A stretch of DNA of 64,000 bases from positions 10,745 through 74,744 of the forward strand of contig DEWK01000019.1 in NCBI GenBank assembly GCA_002363615.1, read 5' to 3'. Origin of the DNA: Lachnospira sp. UBA3212. Its GTDB lineage: Bacteria; Bacillota; Clostridia; Lachnospirales; Lachnospiraceae. Below, piece after piece: positions 56,816-64,000 of this stretch. The notes beneath the pieces are model-generated. The model saw nothing but the letters and a program-made list of their open reading frames with translations, made no database searches and was not told the DNA's origin. How positions within the stretch are numbered: position 1 is the stretch's first letter; the number at the start of each line of letters is the position of its first letter. The translations under genes and the position numbers were made by a program.

Positions 56816-58503
56816 AGAAGGAAGTTCCTTATTCCTATAAAATCTTGCAGATAAAATTAAATAAAAAGGGTTTGACTCTTGCCTGGAAGGGGTATTTTAT
56901 AAATCCCCACAATCATAGGTTGGAAGATCCAAAGCTTCTTGTCACGGACCATATTCGCCTTCCAATAGAACTTTATGAAAAGGCAGGAAAGTTAAAGAAG
57001 TGGAAAGCGCTTTTTGTTCCAACTACCCAAATAAAAATTCCAATTTCAAAAATTTTAGAAGATGAAACCAGGATTAATAATCATCTGAGGATTGAATTAA
57101 AGGTAGATGGACAGATGATAAGCCACTATCTTGGCAAGCCTATTTCCAAAAATAAGCTTAAGAAATGGAATCAGAAAGAGGGAAACCTGGAAAAAAGAAG
57201 AAAAGGACTTAGCCTTCTTAAGGCGGAACGATTGTATATTTTACCGATTCGTTCCTGTTTTGCCGGCTCCTTTGCCCTTCATATTCGCAGGGGGTTGAAA
57301 GGAATGTTGGTTTTAGTAAAGAGACCGATGGATCCCTATGAAAGAACCAGGTCCTATCGATTTTATGAATCCCGTTTGGTCAGTAGCTGCATGTATCTGT
57401 GGGGACGGGTGAAAAAGACTTGTTCCAAGAAGTCTGTAAACCTTTACTATGAAAAGTATGCAGGGAAAGCAGAGGAAGGAACCCTTGAGCTGCAGCAGGC
57501 TGCTTGGATGGAAAAAGGTGGGGGAAATTATTTTATTCTTGATCCTGCTAGTTCGGATTACGAAAGGATCAAGGACCTGCCCGGAGTGGTTGCAAAATAT
57601 TCGAAGAAATATTACAAACTCCTGTACCGGGCCAATCACCTGATTGCCACGGAGGCTCCGGCCCATCTCTCTGTGCTTCGAACCAATAATCCGGTCCTGC
57701 GTCGACTTTTGATGGAAGATTATTTTGTCTTTTTACAGCATGGGGTTACCTACCTAAAACCCCATGATAAACAGTCGTCCTTTGTAACAGGAAGGGATGC
57801 CCAGTTAGATGCTATTTTGGTAAATGGACCGAGAGAGGCAGAAACCTGCCGGGAAATGTTCCGGCTTTCTAAGGATCAGGTTTGGCAAACTGGTATGGTG
57901 ATTTTTGATAAAATTAAATATCAAAGTATCACACAGACATCACAAAACATTGTTACCATAATGTTAACATGGAAACCTTATGAGGAGCAGCTTTTGGATT
58001 TTAGTAAGAGTCAGTACTACAAGGAAATCCTTGCCTTATATGACCTTTTAAAGGGGCAGATAAGGCAAGAATGCATACGGATTGTGGCACATCCAAAGGT
58101 GGCAGAAGCATTGGACCAAACACCATTTGCAAAGAACCTCTACCAAGGGAAAATATTTGATCTTTTAGACCAAACAAAACTTTTAATTACGGATTATTCT
58201 TCTGTTTGTTATCAGAGTTATTACAGGGGCGCAGGGGTTATTTTTTATCAATATGATTTGGAGAAATTTGAAGAAACCTGCGGTAAGCTCTTACCAAAAG
58301 AAGAGGAATACATAGGGCCACGAGTATTTACAATGGAAGAATTAAAATTGCAGTTGGAGTCTGTGATTTTAGATGGGGAAATTAATCTTTCAAAGCTTCG
58401 GGGAAAACAGGAGGATCAGGCATTTTTGCAAGTGGTTTCTGATCATGATACCGGACGAAAGGATCGATTGATTGAACGGTTAAAAATAGAAAAACTATTG
58501 TAA
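56806..58503 (+). CDS. TagF-family glycerophosphotransferase paralogue (divergent, FLQHGV subtype)
   Basis: FVFLQHGVTYLKPHD, LTWKPY and ITDYSSVCYQSYYRGAGVIFYQYD are present. It overlaps the upstream gene by 10 nt. Confidence 0.7.
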   Translation: MELKKEVPYSYKILQIKLNKKGLTLAWKGYFINPHNHRLEDPKLLVTDHIRLPIELYEKAGKLKKWKALFVPTTQIKIPISKILEDETRINNHLRIELKVDGQMISHYLGKPISKNKLKKWNQKEGNLEKRRKGLSLLKAERLYILPIRSCFAGSFALHIRRGLKGMLVLVKRPMDPYERTRSYRFYESRLVSSCMYLWGRVKKTCSKKSVNLYYEKYAGKAEEGTLELQQAAWMEKGGGNYFILDPASSDYERIKDLPGVVAKYSKKYYKLLYRANHLIATEAPAHLSVLRTNNPVLRRLLMEDYFVFLQHGVTYLKPHDKQSSFVTGRDAQLDAILVNGPREAETCREMFRLSKDQVWQTGMVIFDKIKYQSITQTSQNIVTIMLTWKPYEEQLLDFSKSQYYKEILALYDLLKGQIRQECIRIVAHPKVAEALDQTPFAKNLYQGKIFDLLDQTKLLITDYSSVCYQSYYRGAGVIFYQYDLEKFEETCGKLLPKEEEYIGPRVFTMEELKLQLESVILDGEINLSKLRGKQEDQAFLQVVSDHDTGRKDRLIERLKIEKLL

Positions 58504-58524
58504 AGGATATATGGAGGTAATAAG

Positions 58525-60747
58525 GTGGCGAATATTGAGCTTTCTAGAAGTTATTTTGACAATGATAAGAAAGACCTGTGCATCGTTTCGGTAAATAGTG
58601 CAGGGAGAGAAATTATTAAGCGTATTAGTGCAAAGGAGATTTGTATCTCCGATGGGATTGATTCAGAGGTAAAGGTAGGACTTCCGGGAGAGGAGTTAAG
58701 AAAGACCAAGGATATGATTTCCTTCCGCTTCTATGAGAAGGAGACCAAGAGCATTCGGGAGATGAAACTTTTACTTCTTGAGCATAATGGAAGAGATATT
58801 AAGATCTTTGATTTGGCCGAGGAGAATGGTTGGTTTACAGCAGATCTTTCTTTTTTAAAGGAGATGGAGTTAGGTCAAAAGGCTACCCAGTATCGTTTAG
58901 CGGTCTTATATGTTCAGTATAATGAGCATTATATTGAGGCCCTTTATGATTCAGAAGCTGAGGTAATCGGCCAGCAGCCGGAAAAGGAATTTGTTCGTGC
59001 CATTAAGGAATTGATCATTGATGACTATGCAGTATTTGCCAATGGAAAAGAAGGATACATTTATGGATACTTTAAGGACAATGGCCGTCTTCAGGTAAGT
59101 CTTTGTGAAAAGTCTTTCGTAGTAACCAGCAGAACCTACTGTAAGCTGGATAAAATCGAATTCCGAAAGAGTGGCAAGATGAAGTTGACTCTGATTTATG
59201 ATGAAGGACCATTAAAGTTTTCCAGGGTAGTTACCAATTTCCGTAGTAAAATCAAGGCGGATCAGCAGGAATATGAATTTGATGTATGTGAAGAGGGACT
59301 TTCAGAAGATGGAAGCCAGACGAAACTGCTGGTAGAGTTGGATTTAACTTCCTGTGACTTCCGTCCACTTTACTGGGATATTTATCTTCTTTTAAAAGAG
59401 ACAACCACAAATACAGAATATAAGATACCGGTTTCTGTTGGTGTATTTGAAAAGACCTTTAAGTCCTTTATTTATGATGCAGGATATACCTGGAAAAATG
59501 GATATTTTATTTACCCATATGCAACAGTAGGTGGAAAGCTTGCCCTTCAGTATCGTGAAAAGAGCGAGTATGATAATATCTTTTTCCGTTTAAAAGAGCG
59601 TGTGGCAGGTGGAATCTATAAGGTCTTCAAGCCATTTTGGAAGAAGAAAAATATTTATCTTGTATATGAGAAGTTCTGTCTTATGGCGCAGGATAACGGT
59701 TATTATTTCTTTAAATATTGTATGGAGCATGATGTAGAAAAGGAATTAGGCGGTAAGATCCTATACGTTATGAGTAAGAAGGCAGCAGCAGCTGACCGTG
59801 AAAAACTTGAGGAGTATAAGGATCATGTCATTGAGTTTATGAGCTTGAAGTATATGATTTATCTTTTAGCTGCAAAGCTTTTAATTTCTACAGATACCAA
59901 GGATCATGCTTATGCATGGAGAAGAAGAAATTCCCTTCTTGCAGGCTATGTACGTCATAAGAACTTAGTATTCTTACAGCATGGGGTAACCGCTTTAAAG
60001 AAGGTAGATTTCCTTTACGGTAAAGGCAAGTTAGGAAGTTGTGATTTATTTGTTGTTACTTCAGACTATGAGAAAAAAATTGTAAAGAAGTATTTTGGTT
60101 ACAGTGATTATGAAATCGCCAATACCGGATTTGCTCGTTGGGATGTGCTTAGAGATCATTCGGCAGGAAGCCATGAAATCTTAATGATGCCAACATGGAG
60201 AAACTGGTTAGAGGATGTATCCGAAGAGCAGTTTAAGGAATCTGATTACTTTAAGAATTATATGACCTTCTTGAATTCTCCTGAATTAAATACCATCCTT
60301 GAAAATCATAAGCTTACCTTAAACTTCTATCTTCATACAAAGTTCCGAGATTATATTAAGGACTTTGAGATTAAGTCTAAGAGAATCAAGTTAATTCCAT
60401 TTGGAAGTAAGCCATTAAATCAGTTGATGATGCGTTGTAAGATGTTAATTACCGATTACTCATCAACCTCATGGGATGTTTTCTATCAGGGCAAGCCGGT
60501 TATTTTCTATCAGTTTGATTTGAATACCTATATGGAAGCCCATGGATCTTATATGGATATGACCAAGGAACTCTTTGGCCCAAGAGTAGAAGATCTTTCT
60601 TCCTTATATGAGCAGATTGATTTTTATGCAAGAAAGAAATTTGCCTTAGAAGACCAATATGCAGCCATGCGAGAAGGTTACTTTAGTCATATTGACAGCA
60701 ATAACAGCAAACGAATTGTAGAGGCTATTAAGGAAATGCGTCTGTAA
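58525..60747 (+). CDS. TagF-family glycerophosphotransferase paralogue (FLQHGV subtype) with a ~330-aa N-terminal extension
   Basis: GTG start 7 nt after GGAGG. By eye, well over half of the C-terminal ~410 aa are identical to the 53607-55208 product (LVFLQHGVTALKKVD, MPTWRNWLEDV and ITDYSSTSWDVFYQGKPVIFYQFD). Confidence 0.75.
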   Translation: MANIELSRSYFDNDKKDLCIVSVNSAGREIIKRISAKEICISDGIDSEVKVGLPGEELRKTKDMISFRFYEKETKSIREMKLLLLEHNGRDIKIFDLAEENGWFTADLSFLKEMELGQKATQYRLAVLYVQYNEHYIEALYDSEAEVIGQQPEKEFVRAIKELIIDDYAVFANGKEGYIYGYFKDNGRLQVSLCEKSFVVTSRTYCKLDKIEFRKSGKMKLTLIYDEGPLKFSRVVTNFRSKIKADQQEYEFDVCEEGLSEDGSQTKLLVELDLTSCDFRPLYWDIYLLLKETTTNTEYKIPVSVGVFEKTFKSFIYDAGYTWKNGYFIYPYATVGGKLALQYREKSEYDNIFFRLKERVAGGIYKVFKPFWKKKNIYLVYEKFCLMAQDNGYYFFKYCMEHDVEKELGGKILYVMSKKAAAADREKLEEYKDHVIEFMSLKYMIYLLAAKLLISTDTKDHAYAWRRRNSLLAGYVRHKNLVFLQHGVTALKKVDFLYGKGKLGSCDLFVVTSDYEKKIVKKYFGYSDYEIANTGFARWDVLRDHSAGSHEILMMPTWRNWLEDVSEEQFKESDYFKNYMTFLNSPELNTILENHKLTLNFYLHTKFRDYIKDFEIKSKRIKLIPFGSKPLNQLMMRCKMLITDYSSTSWDVFYQGKPVIFYQFDLNTYMEAHGSYMDMTKELFGPRVEDLSSLYEQIDFYARKKFALEDQYAAMREGYFSHIDSNNSKRIVEAIKEMRL

Positions 60748-60776
60748 CCTACAAAAAAGAAAAGAGAGGAGTAGTA

Positions 60777-63182
60777 ATGTTTCGTAAATTTAGTGCAATC
60801 CTATTGGTGTTAGTTCTGGTGTTTACCATGGCGCCAGCTAAGGGAGTTTCAGCTTCAGAGGATGACACATCAAAAACCGAAGAAGTTTCTTCGGGGAATG
60901 CTAAGTTAACAGCGGTCTTTGAATTTATAGATGATAATAACCGAGATGGAATAAGGCCAAGTGAGATTACCGTAAATCTTTTGGAATTGGCAGCAGATGG
61001 AACTTCTACTGTTGTAAGGACAGAAACAACTACGGACCTTACCGGGATTAGTTTTGATCACATTCCCTATGAAGATGATTCAGGGAACAAAATCAACTAT
61101 GGATTGTCGGTGAAAGAAATCAAAGGTTATAGTTGTATCATTAGTAAAGTTGAATCCGTGGAAGAAGAGACCGGCCAAAAAGGACAGGAAGAGGGAAGTA
61201 CGGCATCTACAGAGGAAGAACTTTTGAGTGCCGGAGAGTATAAGATTGAATTTACCCATGAATCAGAAAAGACCAGTCTTACGATTCGTAAACTTTGGGA
61301 AGATGATAACAATATGGATCAGATTCGTCCAGACACCTATTCCTTTAGGGTCTATGCCAATGATAAGATCATTGCAACCAGGCAGGTAAAGTCGGATGTT
61401 TTATCCACCGTGTTAGAGGATTTATATGTTTATGAGAATGGTCAAAAGATTAACTACAAGGTAGAGGAAACCGATACGGATTCTCACTATTCCGTGTCCT
61501 ATGCCGTAGATAGCACCAATCCTTATATCTTAATTATTATTAATGAGCAGTTATCCAATTATATTGTGGAAGACGGAGTCTTAACCGGTTTCCGCCTGCC
61601 TGCGGATAACACCACCCGTACTGTCCTGGTTATTCCGGGAAATGTAAAGGAAATTGCCAATGAGGTATTTAAGGACTTTACCAATGTTACCACGGTCACC
61701 TTTGCCAGCAACAGCAAGTTAACCAATATTGATGATGGGGTATTTCAGGGATGTACTTCCCTAACCTCCATTACCTTTCCAGATACCTTAACAGATCTGG
61801 GAGAAAATTGTTTTAGGGATTGTAAAAAATTAAAGTCTTTAGAATTACCAAACACTTTAACCTACATTGGCAAATACGCTTTTCACGGTATGACCAAACT
61901 TAGCTCTCTTACCATTCCTAAGAATGTAGAGACGGCGGCTACCATTTTTGGTTCTAATACCACCTTAAAAAAGATTACCTTTTCTTCCGGAATCACGAAG
62001 ATTCCAAACTATATTTGCAAAAATTGCAAGTCTCTCAATAAAATAACCATTAACGGAGATAGTTTAAAGAAAATCGGTAAATATGCTTTCTATAATTGTA
62101 ATTCGATTACAAGTTTTACCGTACCAAGTAATACAAACATCCAAAAGGGAGCATTTTCATCTTGTGATGCCCTAACCAAATTAACCATTCGCAAGACGAC
62201 AACTTCTATTGGGGAGGATATTGTAAAGGGAAGTCCTAACGTGGTGATTTATGGTTGGAATAATACGACAGCAAAAAAATATGCCAGAGTAAACAAGATT
62301 CCATTCCAGTATACCTCTTCGGAATTAAAACGAATCGCTGCCTCTAAGGCAATTTACGATAAGTTTGTTTCAAAAACCAGCACCAAGGCAAAGTACAGTT
62401 CTGACCTGCAAAATCTTTCCGGGTACGTTCCTCAGGGAATGACCACTACGAAAAAATATCTGGTGGTTAGTGCCTACCACGCCAATGGAACAAAGAAATC
62501 CATTCTGATGATTTACAATAAGAAGACTGGAGCTTATATTAAGAAAGTAGTTCTTCCTTATAAGGATCACGTTGGTTCCCTGGTAACCATTGATAATATG
62601 GTGGTTGTTGGCTTTAATAACCTGGACTATCAGAGAGATTACATCGGTGTTATTAAGGAGTCTCAGATCACGAAAACCAAGAAGAATAAGAAGGTAAAGT
62701 TAGATCAGCTCCTTCATCTGAAGTATGGAAATGCCAATTTCGCAGCTTATGATGGAACCTATTATTATTGCGGAAATTCTACCAATGAGTCTTATGGCAC
62801 GATGTACATCTATCGGGCGAAGGTGAAGAAACATAAGCTAAGCTTTACCTACAAGTACTATGCCAGCGTACCAAAGAATGTGCAGGGTCTGGTTGTAACC
62901 AAGTCAGGGAAGAAACGTAACTTTTATTTCTCTACTTCCTATGGCCTGTTAAATGATTCTGTCTTAATAAAGGTAAAGAAGAAAAAATTAGAAAAGGGAA
63001 TGAATCTTACTTCAGGAAGTCAGGTATTGCTTCCTTCTATGCTAGAGGCAATTGTAAGGGGTTCAGGCAGTAAGTATTACTTCCTGTTTGAGTCGGGATC
63101 AAAAAAATATTGTGGTGATATTGACAATTGCTGCGAGAATGTAATAAAGAGAATTTGTTACGCAAAACTGTCTTCTTTATAG
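60777..63182 (+). CDS. Secreted surface protein: 2 Cna-B-like domains, BspA-type leucine-rich repeats and a Lys-rich C-terminal domain
   Basis: Signal peptide MFRKFSAILLVLVLVFTMAPAKGVSA. Cna-B signatures are DDNNRDGIRPSEITVNL and WEDDNNMDQIRPDTYSFRVYA. LRR_5-like repeats are present (for example F.GC.SLTSITFP..L..IG..CF). There is no LPXTG motif. Confidence 0.75.
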   Translation: MFRKFSAILLVLVLVFTMAPAKGVSASEDDTSKTEEVSSGNAKLTAVFEFIDDNNRDGIRPSEITVNLLELAADGTSTVVRTETTTDLTGISFDHIPYEDDSGNKINYGLSVKEIKGYSCIISKVESVEEETGQKGQEEGSTASTEEELLSAGEYKIEFTHESEKTSLTIRKLWEDDNNMDQIRPDTYSFRVYANDKIIATRQVKSDVLSTVLEDLYVYENGQKINYKVEETDTDSHYSVSYAVDSTNPYILIIINEQLSNYIVEDGVLTGFRLPADNTTRTVLVIPGNVKEIANEVFKDFTNVTTVTFASNSKLTNIDDGVFQGCTSLTSITFPDTLTDLGENCFRDCKKLKSLELPNTLTYIGKYAFHGMTKLSSLTIPKNVETAATIFGSNTTLKKITFSSGITKIPNYICKNCKSLNKITINGDSLKKIGKYAFYNCNSITSFTVPSNTNIQKGAFSSCDALTKLTIRKTTTSIGEDIVKGSPNVVIYGWNNTTAKKYARVNKIPFQYTSSELKRIAASKAIYDKFVSKTSTKAKYSSDLQNLSGYVPQGMTTTKKYLVVSAYHANGTKKSILMIYNKKTGAYIKKVVLPYKDHVGSLVTIDNMVVVGFNNLDYQRDYIGVIKESQITKTKKNKKVKLDQLLHLKYGNANFAAYDGTYYYCGNSTNESYGTMYIYRAKVKKHKLSFTYKYYASVPKNVQGLVVTKSGKKRNFYFSTSYGLLNDSVLIKVKKKKLEKGMNLTSGSQVLLPSMLEAIVRGSGSKYYFLFESGSKKYCGDIDNCCENVIKRICYAKLSSL

Positions 63183-63244
63183 AAGCGCTTCAAAAAAGTG
63201 CGTGAAATCGAAGGGTTTCATGTCGATGGGCTTTGGCTTAAGTC

Positions 63245-63273
63245 TTGACATTCTAAGGGAAAGCAAGTATAAT
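63245..63273 (+). promoter_or_regulatory. Consensus sigma-A promoter of the queC leader
   Basis: Perfect TTGACA (63245-63250), 17 nt spacer, TATAAT (63268-63273). Confidence 0.75.
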
Positions 63274-63306
63274 CCATTCCAATAAGAATAGAATCATCGA
63301 AAGATG

Positions 63307-63343
63307 CGTTGTTCGAGATCCATCCAACGAAAAAAAACTAGGG
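63307..63343 (+). promoter_or_regulatory. preQ1-I riboswitch aptamer
   Basis: CGUUG-UUCGAGAUCCAUC-CAACG-AAAAAAAACUAGGG. This is a 5-bp P1 stem, a loop starting with UUC and an A-rich tail ending in CUAGG, laid out like the B. subtilis queC aptamer (AGAGG-UUCUAGCUACA-CCCUCU-AUAAAAAACUAA). It lies upstream of queC. Confidence 0.7.
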
Positions 63344-63368
63344 CTTAAGGAATTAGACTGAATTTGTT

Positions 63369-63397
63369 AGGACGATCGTAGGATCGTCCTATTTTAT
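63369..63397 (+). terminator. Riboswitch expression-platform terminator
   Basis: AGGACGATC pairs with GATCGTCCT, followed by ATTTTATT. It lies between the aptamer and the queC RBS. Confidence 0.7.
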
Positions 63398-63419
63398 TGA
63401 CCAGAAAGAGAGGAAGGGA

Positions 63420-64000
63420 ATGGCAAAGAAGGCAATTGTATTATCAAGTGGTGGCGTGGATTCCACCACCTGTGTTGCATTAGCGGTAAAAGAATTAGGG
63501 GCAGAAAATGTATCTACGGTTTCGATTTTTTATGGACAAAAACATAAGAAAGAAATTGAGTGTGCAAGAAAAATCGCAGATTATTATGGATTAAAACACT
63601 ATGAATATGATTTATCAAAAATTATGCAGTATTCAGACTGCTCGTTACTTGAGGGGTCTAGCCAGAAAATCTCCCACGAATCCTATGCCAAACAGGTGAC
63701 AGAAAGTAAAAATGGAATGGTATCTACCTATGTGCCCTTTCGAAATGGTTTGATGCTATCTTGTGCAGCGGCCCTTGCCCAGTCCCTTTACCTTGAGGAT
63801 GATTGTGAAATTTATTTAGGGGCCCATGCAGATGATGCCGCAGGGAATGCCTATGCGGATTGTTCCATAGACTTTGTAAATACCATGGGGCAGGCAATTT
63901 CCATAGGAACCTATGGAAAGGTAAAATTAGTTGCACCATTTGCAGGGAATAATAAGGCAGAGGTGGTAAAAAAAGGGTTAGAGTTAGGTGTTCCCTATGA
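63420..64000 (+). CDS. queC: 7-cyano-7-deazaguanine synthase (3'-truncated at window edge)
   Basis: My translation begins MAKKAIVLSSGGVDSTTCVALAVKELG (PP-loop SGGxDS), contains YVPFRNGLMLS, and runs open to the window end. It is absent from the ORF track because it has no stop codon. A GAGAGGAAGGG RBS lies upstream. Confidence 0.9.
   Translation, partial: MAKKAIVLSSGGVDSTTCVALAVKELGAENVSTVSIFYGQKHKKEIECARKIADYYGLKHYEYDLSKIMQYSDCSLLEGSSQKISHESYAKQVTESKNGMVSTYVPFRNGLMLSCAAALAQSLYLEDDCEIYLGAHADDAAGNAYADCSIDFVNTMGQAISIGTYGKVKLVAPFAGNNKAEVVKKGLELGVPY

Noticed and set aside
63724-63939. A 71-aa minus-strand ORF near the window end.
   Set aside because: It is antisense to the clearly recognisable queC frame (PP-loop SGGVDS, YVPFRN). 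Its translation is His/Pro/Leu-rich and low-complexity.
1-64000. I searched by eye for CRISPR repeats, tRNA or rRNA genes, IS elements and transposases, integrases, prophage genes and toxin-antitoxin pairs.
   Set aside because: I noticed no direct-repeat arrays, no tRNA-like sequences in any intergenic gap (all are 240 nt or shorter), and no ORF with transposase, integrase or phage motifs. I did this without tools, so short or degenerate elements could have been missed.

Overview
This 64 kb window looks like core chromosome from a low-GC Firmicute. Gene content and protein sequences resemble Clostridia/Lachnospiraceae, but I cannot verify the taxon here. All calls come from reading the sequence and the ORF track by eye; I ran no searches or computations. 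I saw no rRNA, tRNA, CRISPR array, transposase, integrase, phage gene or recognisable defence/TA module. About 47 real CDS are supported. Housekeeping blocks: a truncated GH43 gene, nifJ (PFOR), aqpZ, a MarR-rhomboid pair, HIT-murG-LCP, gdpP-rplI-dnaB, a 57-aa 2x[4Fe-4S] ferredoxin missed by the ORF track, aconitase, rpsF-ssb-rpsR, an acyl-ACP thioesterase, cvfB-like, ridA, and a 3'-truncated queC behind a promoter, preQ1-I riboswitch and terminator. The rest of the window is unusually rich in cell-envelope glycopolymer genes, spread over five blocks. (1) 6.0-12.4 kb: a Wzm/Wzt-type ABC export operon. Its ATPase carries a Wzt_C-like tail, and it also encodes a stand-alone SAM methyltransferase and a 1039-aa kinase-like / coiled-coil / 2xGT2 protein. 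This looks like a rearranged WbdD/WbdA-style capped-glycan system. (2) 18.2-25.5 kb: three tandem MacB-type proteins, each a fused NBD plus FtsX-like permease, in an A-B-A' order. (3) 32.4-35.2 kb: a polyprenol-P-sugar synthase-like GT2 with a large polytopic membrane protein. (4) 35.2-42.7 kb: a complete GDP-D-rhamnose-type route (manA, manC, phosphohexomutase, gmd, rmd-like) split by rpsF-ssb-rpsR. (5) 47.3-60.7 kb: a teichoic-acid-like locus with tagD, a WbaP-type initiating phosphotransferase, a GT2 and six TagB/TagF-family paralogues, followed by a secreted Cna-B/LRR protein with a Lys-rich tail. My best candidates for undescribed biology are (1), (2) and (5). Their functions are inferences, not demonstrations.
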